The notes beneath the pieces were generated by a model. The model did not search any database and was not told the origin of the DNA. It saw only the letters and a program-made list of their open reading frames with translations. Shown here piece after piece: positions 39,364 through 47,910 of a DNA stretch of 64,000 bases; the first letter of the stretch is position 1; every line of letters starts with the position of its first letter. A program made the translations under genes and the position numbers. Origin of the DNA: Bacteriovoracia bacterium. Its GTDB lineage: Bacteria; Bdellovibrionota; UBA1018; CAIPTA01. The stretch spans positions 128,001 to 192,000 of the forward strand of contig JBFWVL010000005.1 of assembly GCA_050246755.1 (NCBI GenBank). The letters run 5' to 3'.

Positions 39364-40128
39364 TCAACCGCGACTGGCCTCGCGAAGCAGCGCCATCACT
39401 TCTTCGAATTCATGGTAGCCCTGAATTCCTGGGAGAAGCGCCTTTCTCTTCAGATCGGCGATCACCAGGAACGGAACTGCCGTTCCTCCATGACTCTTCA
39501 GCTCCGCAAGATTGGCTTTGCCTATCGGCACGCCTTTTTCATCCGGAGGCACTTCTCCGTCATCGAGTTGAAGGGCTTCGATTTTGTAGCCTTCGTCTTG
39601 CAGCCGCTTCAGTACGGAGAACATTCGCCGACAATGAGGACAATGAGAGTCGAAGTACATTCGGATTCGGAATCTCGACGGATCAGGCCGCACCTGTGGA
39701 GCGACTTTCGCATCATTCTTTGCAACCCGAGTGGCTATCTGAACCGCAAGGCCTGGCCCTTCTTGCTTGCTGAGATACTCTTGCATTCGAGTTTCGAGCC
39801 GCGCGGCGAGTTCGTTTTTTCGTTTCATAAACTCGAACCAGTTCTTGAGGTTCTCGTCCGACGGGTCCTTCGCAACTTCCATGAATGGCTCTGGCGGCGT
39901 ATAGTCGCCTTCCTTAAAGAACTCCTTGTTCTTCGGGTCGAGGTAGGTCTTCCAAGGGAATGAACCCTTTTCTCCTCGCTCGGGAACAAGTGGAGAAGGA
40001 ATGTCCTTTGTTTGAGCCTGAACACGTCCTTCGTTCCAGTAGTCGATCTTTTGATCGAAGTATTGGAGTTCACCGGCGCTCGCTGCGGTTGAGAATAAGC
40101 ACAGCGAGAAAACCCATTGGCTAATCAT
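39364..40128 (-). CDS. TraF/TrbB-like periplasmic thioredoxin-fold protein
   Basis: Signal peptide from ATG 40128, CPHC motif, AVP cis-Pro. Confidence 0.75.
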   Translation of the reverse strand: MISQWVFSLCLFSTAASAGELQYFDQKIDYWNEGRVQAQTKDIPSPLVPERGEKGSFPWKTYLDPKNKEFFKEGDYTPPEPFMEVAKDPSDENLKNWFEFMKRKNELAARLETRMQEYLSKQEGPGLAVQIATRVAKNDAKVAPQVRPDPSRFRIRMYFDSHCPHCRRMFSVLKRLQDEGYKIEALQLDDGEVPPDEKGVPIGKANLAELKSHGGTAVPFLVIADLKRKALLPGIQGYHEFEEVMALLREASRG

Positions 40129-41302
40129 TCGCACGCGACACCTCCAGGGAATCAATTTCTCCGCGAAGGACGCGCGCAAGGCGGGCCTCGTGGATCGTTT
40201 GGTGAACTTTGACGATTTTCTTTCCCTCTGCCGGTTCCATCGTTGCCCACTCAAGAACAGGAACACGCCCGCGAATCCCAGCGCAGCAGTTCGAGCATCC
40301 TTGCTCGAACCGCTCGCGGGCTCGCATTGCGGAAGGTCTCTTTCGGCGGTCGATGCGTTGGAGCCATGCAGCCGTATCCATTGAGGGCTCAATCGCGCAA
40401 TCTGCGCAAAGCCGCTGTTCCAAACGCTGCGCAATCGAGAGTCTCAGATTCGATTCCATCACGATACGTTCGACGCCGAGACCTGCGAGACGCTCGATAA
40501 CTTCGAGCGAACCGTTTGCGTGAAGTGTTGTGAAAACAAGATGCCCGGTTTCCGCCGCTTGAAAGCAAAGTTTTGCCGTTTCGGCATCTCGAACCTCGCC
40601 GACCAGGATCACATCGGGGTCCTGCCGTAGCACGGATCGCAGAGCATCGGCGAAGCTCATCTTGCGGCTGACCTGCACTTGATTGAGTCCTTCAATGCGG
40701 TATTCGATGGGATCTTCCAGCGTCACTATGTTGAAGCGCTTGGGGTTGATGGCTTTGAGGCACGCATAGAGAGTTCGCGATTTTCCACTTCCAGTCGGCC
40801 CGGAGACGACTACAACGCCATCTTCGAGTGAAATGGCTCGCCTAAGAGCGGCGATCTCGTTCTCCAGGAAGCCCAGGCCATCCAGCTCGAATGTCGCATC
40901 GAGGTTGAGCAAGCGCATGACGATCTTTTCTCCGAAGTGAGTAGGCAGAAGACTTACGCGTACATCCATTCGGAGACTTGGCATCGACGCGCGCCCATCT
41001 TGCGGGCGACCGCTAACGCCAATCGAGAGACCGAAAATTCGTTTGGCTTCTAAGATCAAGCTCTCCCTGTGCTCCAGTTCGACCTGCTTTTCAAGGATGA
41101 GATTTCCGTCCACGCGGAGTCTTAAATCAACTCCGCTCTCATGCGGCTCAATATGCACGTCACTCGCGCCGCGAGCCTTCGCCGCTTTCATCAGGTCGTG
41201 AAAGAGGCGCGCATAGGGACCGCTCTCCAAAAGCAACTGCTCGCTCGTTCGCCGTTTGGCGACGCTTACGCCGTGTTCCTTCTCAAGCATTATTTCCGTC
41301 AC
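40121..41302 (-). CDS. GspE/PilB-family secretion ATPase
   Basis: ASDVHIEP, PQDGR, GPTGSGKS, TLEDPIE, LRQDPDVILVGEVRD, TGHLVFTTLH and a Cys Zn site. Confidence 0.9.
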   Translation of the reverse strand: MTEIMLEKEHGVSVAKRRTSEQLLLESGPYARLFHDLMKAAKARGASDVHIEPHESGVDLRLRVDGNLILEKQVELEHRESLILEAKRIFGLSIGVSGRPQDGRASMPSLRMDVRVSLLPTHFGEKIVMRLLNLDATFELDGLGFLENEIAALRRAISLEDGVVVVSGPTGSGKSRTLYACLKAINPKRFNIVTLEDPIEYRIEGLNQVQVSRKMSFADALRSVLRQDPDVILVGEVRDAETAKLCFQAAETGHLVFTTLHANGSLEVIERLAGLGVERIVMESNLRLSIAQRLEQRLCADCAIEPSMDTAAWLQRIDRRKRPSAMRARERFEQGCSNCCAGIRGRVPVLEWATMEPAEGKKIVKVHQTIHEARLARVLRGEIDSLEVSRAND

Positions 41303-44300
41303 TGCGCACCTGCGCAGGCTGCGGGGATTGCGAGAGCTGCCGCTTGCGCCTGAACCGCAGTCGGCATTTCTTTACAGGCAGTGGTGCGGTTCCAGATCAC
41401 GAACAGATAGCCCTTCAGTTTGCCGCTCGCTAGCCGCATGGTCTCGCGTGAATTTTTGATCGTTTCGAGCAATCCTATATTTTGTCCTTCTCGGAAACAT
41501 GAACTCGATTGAGGGTAGATCATCTGCCACTTCTCATCCGGGCCGCTCGGCATTGTATGAAGGACTTCGGCAGACAAACTCTTGATTCGCGAGGCAATCA
41601 TAAGAGCGCCGGCCATCGAAGCAGGTCCCGTGTATGTGCCGTAGCGCGGATAGAAAGTCCCCCAGCCATTGCAGGCCGGATGCGAACTGGGAGGAAGAAC
41701 ACCGATATTCGGCATCGGAGTGCCGCACATTGCGGAGTCCGATGAGTAGCTACTTCCAGGCGTGCCGGAAATGCTTGTGGCCGCGCCTGCAAGAAGACAG
41801 GCTTTCGGACTCAGGCTCCAAGCCAAGAAAAGTGGCTGGGTCAGATCACCTTTGCCAGTGTTCCAATGGCTGCCAAAGTCTTCGCTCATCCCATCGAAAC
41901 ACATTTTCTCGTTGCGCGTGCCGCCTGCTGGCATGAGCTTAAAGGTCATACTAGCGAACGGCACCGCAATCGTTCGAGCCTGGAAGCTTTGCGTATCATC
42001 ATCGGCCTCCGCGCCAAAAGGCATCGGAGTGACCTTCGAGAGCTGCGCCGCCGCTCCCGGAATGGCCGTGAAGTAGCTCGTCTTTGCCTCCGGCCAGACC
42101 TCAATGAACGTCTGAGGAACGTAGTACGAAATGAGTGCGCACGGATGCGGCGGGTATCCGCAGGTACAACCGCCAACTGCCAACTCAAGGCAGGACGAAA
42201 AGGCCGGACTACTTGCAACCGAACACACGTTCGGAATTCCTGCGGCTTGGACATTTCCGGCAAGCAGGAGTGACGCGGCTACTGCACGAGAGTTCCGAGA
42301 AAAGCTTTTGAGCCACGCCACAAAGCCTCCCTTTTTTGTTACCCGAAGCATTTCGAGAACCGTTTCGTGCTTCGTATTGACCGCCTTCAAGAAGTCGGGC
42401 TTGAGGTAAAGCTTGAGGAACTTCGTCTCGATGCCATCGAAAACTTGCGCGAACGCCTCAAAGGTTCGGAGGCGCGAAAATTCTTTGCCGGTCAGAATGT
42501 CTTCCCGGCGTGTGCCACGGCTCACGGCCTCGTTGAGACTGGAGTTCTTGGAATCGAAACCACCCGCAAGAAGATTTAGCTTCGCGGATTGCGCCGTTTC
42601 GGAAAACGAATGCGTCTGCGACTCCACATCTTCTTTTCCGGCGAGAGCTTGAAACATTTTGATCGTTTCAAGATCGGAAGAATGACAAGCAACGCGCGTC
42701 CGGAAGTTCTGCACGAGTTCAAGCGCTGGACGCTCTCTGCCGACGGTGTTCATCAAACTACTGAGCGACTGAGTTGCAACGATCACGGCAGGCTTTGATT
42801 CGCGGGCTTTAGCCATAAAGGAATCGTCTCCAAGCGTTCCTCCGCCTCCGCAGGTAACTACGTCCTGATACTCGTCAATGATGAGCGCCGAGGTTACCGG
42901 CATGTTCTTTTCTTTGAGCTCGGACAACAGATTCAACACAGCTTGCTCGTAGTGCAGCTTTATGAACGTGCCCATTGACCGCGCGAGGCCAGGCTGCTGA
43001 ATATCGAACAGTAAAATTTTTCCGCTCCGAACAAAGTCCTCCATCGAATGAATCGAAAGGTGTTCCTTGCGCGGACAGAAAATCCGACTGGCCGCAAACT
43101 CCTGAAACTGGTTCACAAAAGCAGTGCTCGTTGCCACGATTCCGGTACGAACGCGGTCTTCAAGTTGCGAGTATTCGTTCTCGAAATACTCGATGGCGCA
43201 ACCGATGTTGAACGCCTCTTCTTGCGTGAAGTTTTTCTCTTTGAGCACTTTTCGCAAATCGTCGGCCAAGTTGTTCTTCGCTGCGCGCACGATTGTTCGG
43301 TATAGATCGAGGAGCGTAAAGTATCCGTGAACCGCCGAGCAGTACGCGATGGTGTTGCGAATCAAATGGGAAGAAGACACGTCCCAAAACGGCGAATCAG
43401 ACGACTTGCCCATAAAATTCACAGCCGCGCAGCGAACCATCTCAGCGAGTGCTACAAACTTCGAGTCTTGCAGCGGATTCTCCATGAAGACTGGGTTGAA
43501 GCTTACGTTTCCCTTAAGTGAGAGTCTGACGATGCGATCCCCAAGACCGAGACGCCGGATCATATTCTCTGCTTCACGCAGGAACGTGCCTTTAGGGTCG
43601 ATGGCGAGGATCGAGGGAGGTCCCTTTGGTTCCGCGAGAAGCTGGCGAAGGTATCGCAGAATTGTGCCTTGGGTTTTCCCACTACCAATGCTTCCAGAAA
43701 TGAACACGCCACCGTGTACGCCGCGGCTAGGGATCGTTACCCATTCTTCGCGATCCTTATCTTCGACAGCTTCAAGCGCCCCGGGCGTTGTCCCTAACAC
43801 CATGTCTCCGCTTTCCTGAACAGGGCGTTCTAGCTTATGTGTGTCGGAAAGGTTGAATCGCAGGCTCCCTGCCAGCCTTAAGATCATTCGACACACGAAA
43901 TAGAACGCACCCGCCAGATTCGCAGAAAGTCCTACTTCGGCGAGCGACGTTGCGTTTGCCGAAATGAGCCGAAGAAAAAATGGAGCAAGGTCAACGACCA
44001 CGCTTCGCTTCGCCCCGAGGTACGCAACGGCTGAGAAAATTGCGGCGAGAATCTCGGCACGAGTGATAGCCCATCGCTCGGCCTTACCTTGTAGAATCTG
44101 AAGTTTGCTTCCTTGGCGTTCAAGGCCCACGCTTCGCTTCAGGAAAATTCCGAGAAAAGAAAGGTTGCAGGCGAACGCCACGACCGACCACCACCAGAAG
44201 GCACCGTGCTGCTGCAAGAGCTCTTCAACGACGAGCATCTTCGCAGGTTCAAACCGCAGGAAGTTTAGATAAACGTATCCCGCTGCTACTACGACGAATG

Positions 44301-44352
44301 CCATCACAGCAATCGAAAGCGGAACATCGTTTTGGGTCTTGGCAGTGTTCAA
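41299..44352 (-). CDS. TraD/VirD4 coupling protein fused to a C-terminal TraU-like Cys-rich domain
   Basis: N-terminal TMs, GSIGSGKT, IIDEYQ and ATQS; then a signal-like segment, SYYVPQTFIEVW and WGTFYPRYG (TraU-like). Confidence 0.8.
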   Translation of the reverse strand: MNTAKTQNDVPLSIAVMAFVVVAAGYVYLNFLRFEPAKMLVVEELLQQHGAFWWWSVVAFACNLSFLGIFLKRSVGLERQGSKLQILQGKAERWAITRAEILAAIFSAVAYLGAKRSVVVDLAPFFLRLISANATSLAEVGLSANLAGAFYFVCRMILRLAGSLRFNLSDTHKLERPVQESGDMVLGTTPGALEAVEDKDREEWVTIPSRGVHGGVFISGSIGSGKTQGTILRYLRQLLAEPKGPPSILAIDPKGTFLREAENMIRRLGLGDRIVRLSLKGNVSFNPVFMENPLQDSKFVALAEMVRCAAVNFMGKSSDSPFWDVSSSHLIRNTIAYCSAVHGYFTLLDLYRTIVRAAKNNLADDLRKVLKEKNFTQEEAFNIGCAIEYFENEYSQLEDRVRTGIVATSTAFVNQFQEFAASRIFCPRKEHLSIHSMEDFVRSGKILLFDIQQPGLARSMGTFIKLHYEQAVLNLLSELKEKNMPVTSALIIDEYQDVVTCGGGGTLGDDSFMAKARESKPAVIVATQSLSSLMNTVGRERPALELVQNFRTRVACHSSDLETIKMFQALAGKEDVESQTHSFSETAQSAKLNLLAGGFDSKNSSLNEAVSRGTRREDILTGKEFSRLRTFEAFAQVFDGIETKFLKLYLKPDFLKAVNTKHETVLEMLRVTKKGGFVAWLKSFSRNSRAVAASLLLAGNVQAAGIPNVCSVASSPAFSSCLELAVGGCTCGYPPHPCALISYYVPQTFIEVWPEAKTSYFTAIPGAAAQLSKVTPMPFGAEADDDTQSFQARTIAVPFASMTFKLMPAGGTRNEKMCFDGMSEDFGSHWNTGKGDLTQPLFLAWSLSPKACLLAGAATSISGTPGSSYSSDSAMCGTPMPNIGVLPPSSHPACNGWGTFYPRYGTYTGPASMAGALMIASRIKSLSAEVLHTMPSGPDEKWQMIYPQSSSCFREGQNIGLLETIKNSRETMRLASGKLKGYLFVIWNRTTACKEMPTAVQAQAAALAIPAACAGAQ

Positions 44353-44366
44353 TCAAATTCCTTTCT

Positions 44367-44411
44367 AAAAAACCCACCTCGGAGGCCGGGGGAAACTGCC
44401 CCCGAGGTGGG
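44367..44411 (-). terminator. Intrinsic terminator between the lipoprotein gene and traD
   Basis: Minus strand CCCACCTCGG…CCGAGGTGGG followed by TTTTTT. Confidence 0.7.
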
Positions 44412-44431
44412 AAACACAGGAGGAAGAAAGA

Positions 44432-45445
44432 TCAGCGGTAGGTATCGGTCAGGTCGTCGGTAATAAGATCGCTAGGATAGAACTTCATCGAGACGGACTT
44501 TCCCATCATCGGAAGCGAATACGCCTTATCATTCGTGAACACAGTGAGATCACGAGTGAAGCGAAGAGTAGCCTCGTCATCGCCGAATCCCAGGTTCAGA
44601 ACGCCGTTGTACAGTTTGAGCGAACCGTTCACTCGGCTCCAGTAACCCGTGTCGATAATGTACGTCGTTACGAATCCCACGGTTGGCGCAGCTCCTTGCG
44701 CCACGATCGCGTATGAGCCGTCATTCTGAAGAATGAGGCGCATGTTCTTGATGAAGAATCCGTTGACGTAAATCTGCTGGTCTGAGTAGAGAGCGTTCAG
44801 TTGGATCGTCGAGCGGTCCGCACGCGCTTGAAACTTCTGGAACTCTCCAAGAGTGTCTTCCGGATTCGGGCACGTCTCACGCTCAGACTTGATCGCCGAA
44901 GTAGACCAAACCATGTGGCCCATAACCATGCGTCCACCAAGACCAGGGCTCATCATATCCTTCTTGTAAAGGATGTTCGCCTGAATCCGCTTATCGACCT
45001 CTCGACCGACAATCTCCATTACGTCGCCGAGAACGAGCTTCCCGTTCACTTGAGAGTAGTTTCCGGACACCACGCGCGATTTCATTTTCTTGTAGGCGTA
45101 ACCGCTGTCGGTGTACTTCAGGATGTATTTCTCGGTAATCTCCACTTCGAAACGCTTGTTCGGATAGAGCAGAATTCGCGAATCGACCATCACGTCCTGG
45201 CCGTCTCGCTGACCGATCACCACGTCGTCGGCAGTCAGGAGCTTGAAATAGAATCCTTGCTGTCCGCAGACTCCGCTCGTGTCGTAGAGGAAGCGGTTGT
45301 AGTCGAATGCTACGACGGGCTTCGGTTGATTCCCGGAATCGTCCGGCACGCCGACGCCACCGACGGTCTCGCTGGATTCGACTCTACCTGAGCACGCTGC
45401 GAGGGTGAGGGCCATCATCAAGAGGGCTGTGATCTTGAACTTCAT
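44432..45445 (-). CDS. Beta-rich lipoprotein at the head of the tra region
   Basis: Lipobox LAAC; two similar beta-rich halves. Confidence 0.75.
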   Translation of the reverse strand: MKFKITALLMMALTLAACSGRVESSETVGGVGVPDDSGNQPKPVVAFDYNRFLYDTSGVCGQQGFYFKLLTADDVVIGQRDGQDVMVDSRILLYPNKRFEVEITEKYILKYTDSGYAYKKMKSRVVSGNYSQVNGKLVLGDVMEIVGREVDKRIQANILYKKDMMSPGLGGRMVMGHMVWSTSAIKSERETCPNPEDTLGEFQKFQARADRSTIQLNALYSDQQIYVNGFFIKNMRLILQNDGSYAIVAQGAAPTVGFVTTYIIDTGYWSRVNGSLKLYNGVLNLGFGDDEATLRFTRDLTVFTNDKAYSLPMMGKSVSMKFYPSDLITDDLTDTYR

Positions 45446-45594
45446 ATCAGTTGTTCCTTTCAGATTCGTTGTTGTTGAAAAATGCCTTCAAACAAATCAT
45501 CGCGCGCACAAGGCGCACCGTTTGGCGCACGAGTGAGCGATTGCGCTGGCGCTCGGCGTCCGAAATCTTGTCGAGGACCCTTTGGAGTTGCGTC

Positions 45595-45852
45595 TCAATC
45601 GCCTGATCCATCGCGCGCCTCCTTTTGCTTCCTCGGCCCCGCGAAGCGCTCTGGACTCATGTAGCTTTTCTTGCGGGGCCAGTCTTCGACCCCTTGAAAG
45701 CGGCCGTCGTGGAAGATGAACCGGAAGCTGCCGAAGAGAAGGCCGCTGCCGGTTTCACGCGTATGCTGCGCCTGAAGCCGAGCGGCGGCCTCTTCCAGAA
45801 TTCGCGAATCTGGAATTTGGGCGAGCGTCGTGGAATCGTGTTTTGAATCCAT
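45595..45852 (-). CDS. Small protein, DUF2292/YezD-like motif
   Basis: AAGGAG RBS before ATG 45852; FGSFRFIFHDGRFQGVE. Confidence 0.55.
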   Translation of the reverse strand: MDSKHDSTTLAQIPDSRILEEAAARLQAQHTRETGSGLLFGSFRFIFHDGRFQGVEDWPRKKSYMSPERFAGPRKQKEARDGSGD

Positions 45853-46040
45853 ATTCAAACTCCTTGTCGGGCGAGCATCTGTTCGAGAACTCCGATTTCA
45901 AACGCAAGCTCACGGTTTGCAGCCAATTCCTTTACCGAGATCATTCCGTACCATTTGCGAAACTCGCGCTTCAGCACCGCCAAAGCAGATCGCAGACAGT
46001 AGTTAGAAAACCTTTTCGACTTGCTGTTCATAAGCGCACC

Positions 46041-46247
46041 TCAGAAATGACCGATAAGTCGCATCGCCTTGACACGATTTTGTTCGATATATTCCTGCTC
46101 AGGGGGCGCCGTAAAAATTGCGGTCAGGAGCCACCCAATCGGCCTCCAAACAGCAACGATCACCACTTTCACAGTCCTGGCTATCGCCTTCACTTCCAGG
46201 TACAGATTCGGTCGGTTCTGAACTACGAACGGTAGAATCTCTTGCAT
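46041..46247 (-). CDS. Small hypothetical protein (68 aa)
   Basis: AAGGAG RBS; follows the zinc-ribbon gene. Confidence 0.6.
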   Translation of the reverse strand: MQEILPFVVQNRPNLYLEVKAIARTVKVVIVAVWRPIGWLLTAIFTAPPEQEYIEQNRVKAMRLIGHF

Positions 46248-46266
46248 GACTATCTCCTTGAGTTTG

Positions 46267-46488
46267 TTAAACAGCGGCTCCGAGCGCGTATTCTTTCTCT
46301 CTGGGAAGAATCTCGCTCACGATTGATTTTGGTTTCACGGTCTTGAGAGCTGCGAGTGCCCAATCGGGAACAGCGCAGAGCTCTTCGGAGTGGGTCTCGT
46401 CATAGTTGCAGTTCACACAAAAGGCGTGAGTGCTGAATCTTTCCAAACCACGCTCACCACAACGGGGGCACATACAGAACTTGTTCAT
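46267..46488 (-). CDS. Small zinc-ribbon protein
   Basis: GAGGAG RBS; CPRC…CVNC. Confidence 0.7.
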   Translation of the reverse strand: MNKFCMCPRCGERGLERFSTHAFCVNCNYDETHSEELCAVPDWALAALKTVKPKSIVSEILPREKEYALGAAV

Positions 46489-46545
46489 GGGAATCTCCTC
46501 TCTCTGAGAGGAAGGTTTCCAGTTGCTCCTCTCACAAATATAAAT

Positions 46546-46561
46546 TGCAAGAAGATGCCCG
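46546..46561 (-). promoter_or_regulatory. Putative sigma54 -24/-12 promoter facing the transfer region
   Basis: Minus strand C-GG-GCATCTTCTT-GC-A (GG-N10-GC, TTGCA); the -24 element is imperfect. Confidence 0.5.
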
Positions 46562-46634
46562 AAATGGTCACAGCAGATAAATAGTGGGATTGCTGAAGGA
46601 ATCCGTAATCTCGGAAAAAACGAACTTTCTTAAA

Positions 46635-46757
46635 TGGTCTATCTAAATAGACCCGAGTCTTTTGAAATAGACCCGCGCCAGATTTTCTGGCTCAGGTCTT
46701 CGCTGCTGCGATCTGGATAAAGGGATCTTAGAGAAATGAGTCTACAAAAACAGACTC
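46635..46757. promoter_or_regulatory. Three copies of the GAGTCT-N8-AGACYC palindrome (candidate enhancer sites)
   Basis: TGGTCTATCTAAATAGACCC 46635-46654, GAGTCTTTTGAAATAGACCC 46655-46674, GAGTCTACAAAAACAGACTC 46738-46757. Confidence 0.75.
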
Positions 46758-46773
46758 GGGGTACGCGAACGCG

Positions 46774-47802
46774 TTAGCGTGCTGCGGAACTGAATGTCCT
46801 GCCGCCGAGAGACGCGGAAACTTCGCTTCCTCGAACTTGAACGGAGAAATCCGAATTGGATAGGGAGCATCCTTTGTCATTACTCAATAGCTTCGCAATG
46901 TAGAGGAAGCCTGTGGGCATCAGCGACGCGATTCGCCCTGAATTTAAAAGCTCCGAGACTAAAGACGCTTCACGGGCCGCGCCCTTCTCGAAAACAGCCG
47001 GAAGAGTCACGGGCAAGTAGTTGTCGTGCTGGTCTGAATAGGCATGAACCTGCGCTTCACCTACGAACTTAAAGAAATAGGGAACGTCACCTCGTCCGAG
47101 TTGCTCGACCTCGGAATCAAAAAGCGGAATTTCGGGTGGCTTCTGAAAAGCTAAGCGGTAGTGGATTGTATCTCTTAAGATATGGCGAATCGGAATCTTC
47201 TTGAACGTAGCTTGCTGGTCTTCGAACACGCGCTGTATCCCCGCAAGGTTCGAAGTGATGCACGAAAGTACGTCATAGTAACCGCGAAGAACAATCTCGA
47301 TTTGCTCAGAAGAAACAATCGCAAGGCTCAATATTGACGAAGCACCGCAGAGGTCGGCGTCGACTTCCTTAAACGGCAGTAAAAGCGTCTCATGCGGAAG
47401 CAGCAAGCGGGAAAGAACCACTTCAGCATCAACGACTTGAATGTGCGTCTCCGTCTTTACCACGTTATTTCTGTGCAAGTCGCGGATTCCGAAAACATAG
47501 CAGTATCCGAGGAGCACACCGAGACTGTACAAATGGGAGCCTGTACTTGGACCCATAGACGCGCGCACTTCCCGGGAAGACCCCTTGAAGTCAGCGCCCA
47601 TCTCTATTTCGAGATTGAAAATCGTCTGCGCAGGGGAAGCTGAGAACGTCGAATTTTTGAAGAAAAATGAGAGTGGACTGTCCTTACCAAAGAACAGCCA
47701 CTCCCAATAGATTGGGCGAGGTTTCTGAAAGATCATTTCAGAACCCCGTCCTATCTTTTGGACCGATTGTCCAAAATTATGGAAATCAGCCTCGAACTTC
47801 AT
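46774..47802 (-). CDS. Stand-alone minimal LanM-type dehydratase/kinase (DUF4135), no cyclase domain
   Basis: QKPR, DLHRNN, VDAE, RHILRDT and EQLGRGDVPYF match LanM dehydratase-domain motifs. Confidence 0.85.
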   Translation of the reverse strand: MKFEADFHNFGQSVQKIGRGSEMIFQKPRPIYWEWLFFGKDSPLSFFFKNSTFSASPAQTIFNLEIEMGADFKGSSREVRASMGPSTGSHLYSLGVLLGYCYVFGIRDLHRNNVVKTETHIQVVDAEVVLSRLLLPHETLLLPFKEVDADLCGASSILSLAIVSSEQIEIVLRGYYDVLSCITSNLAGIQRVFEDQQATFKKIPIRHILRDTIHYRLAFQKPPEIPLFDSEVEQLGRGDVPYFFKFVGEAQVHAYSDQHDNYLPVTLPAVFEKGAAREASLVSELLNSGRIASLMPTGFLYIAKLLSNDKGCSLSNSDFSVQVRGSEVSASLGGRTFSSAAR

Positions 47803-47808
47803 TGGCAG

Positions 47809-47889
47809 TTAGTTTGAGCTACTGCCAGAGATGTAAGAGTCTGCTTCGGCCTCAAGTGCCGCCAGATTAATTACGATTTGCTCTTGCAT
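47809..47889 (-). CDS. Unannotated 26-aa RiPP precursor peptide MQEQIVINLAALEAEADSYISGSSSN
   Basis: AAAGGAG RBS; TAA at 47809-47811, 6 nt before the DUF4135 ATG; acidic leader and Ser-rich C-terminus. Confidence 0.8.
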   Translation of the reverse strand: MQEQIVINLAALEAEADSYISGSSSN

Positions 47890-47910
47890 GGTCTCTCCTT
47901 TCTTTCTTGT

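Noticed and set aside
46635-46757. CRISPR array or iterons
   Set aside because: Only three degenerate 20-bp palindromes with irregular spacing, and no cas or rep gene; they fit regulator sites better.
46774-47889. Class II lanthipeptide (lantibiotic) cluster
   Set aside because: No cyclase domain, no Cys in the precursor and no LanT peptidase-transporter.
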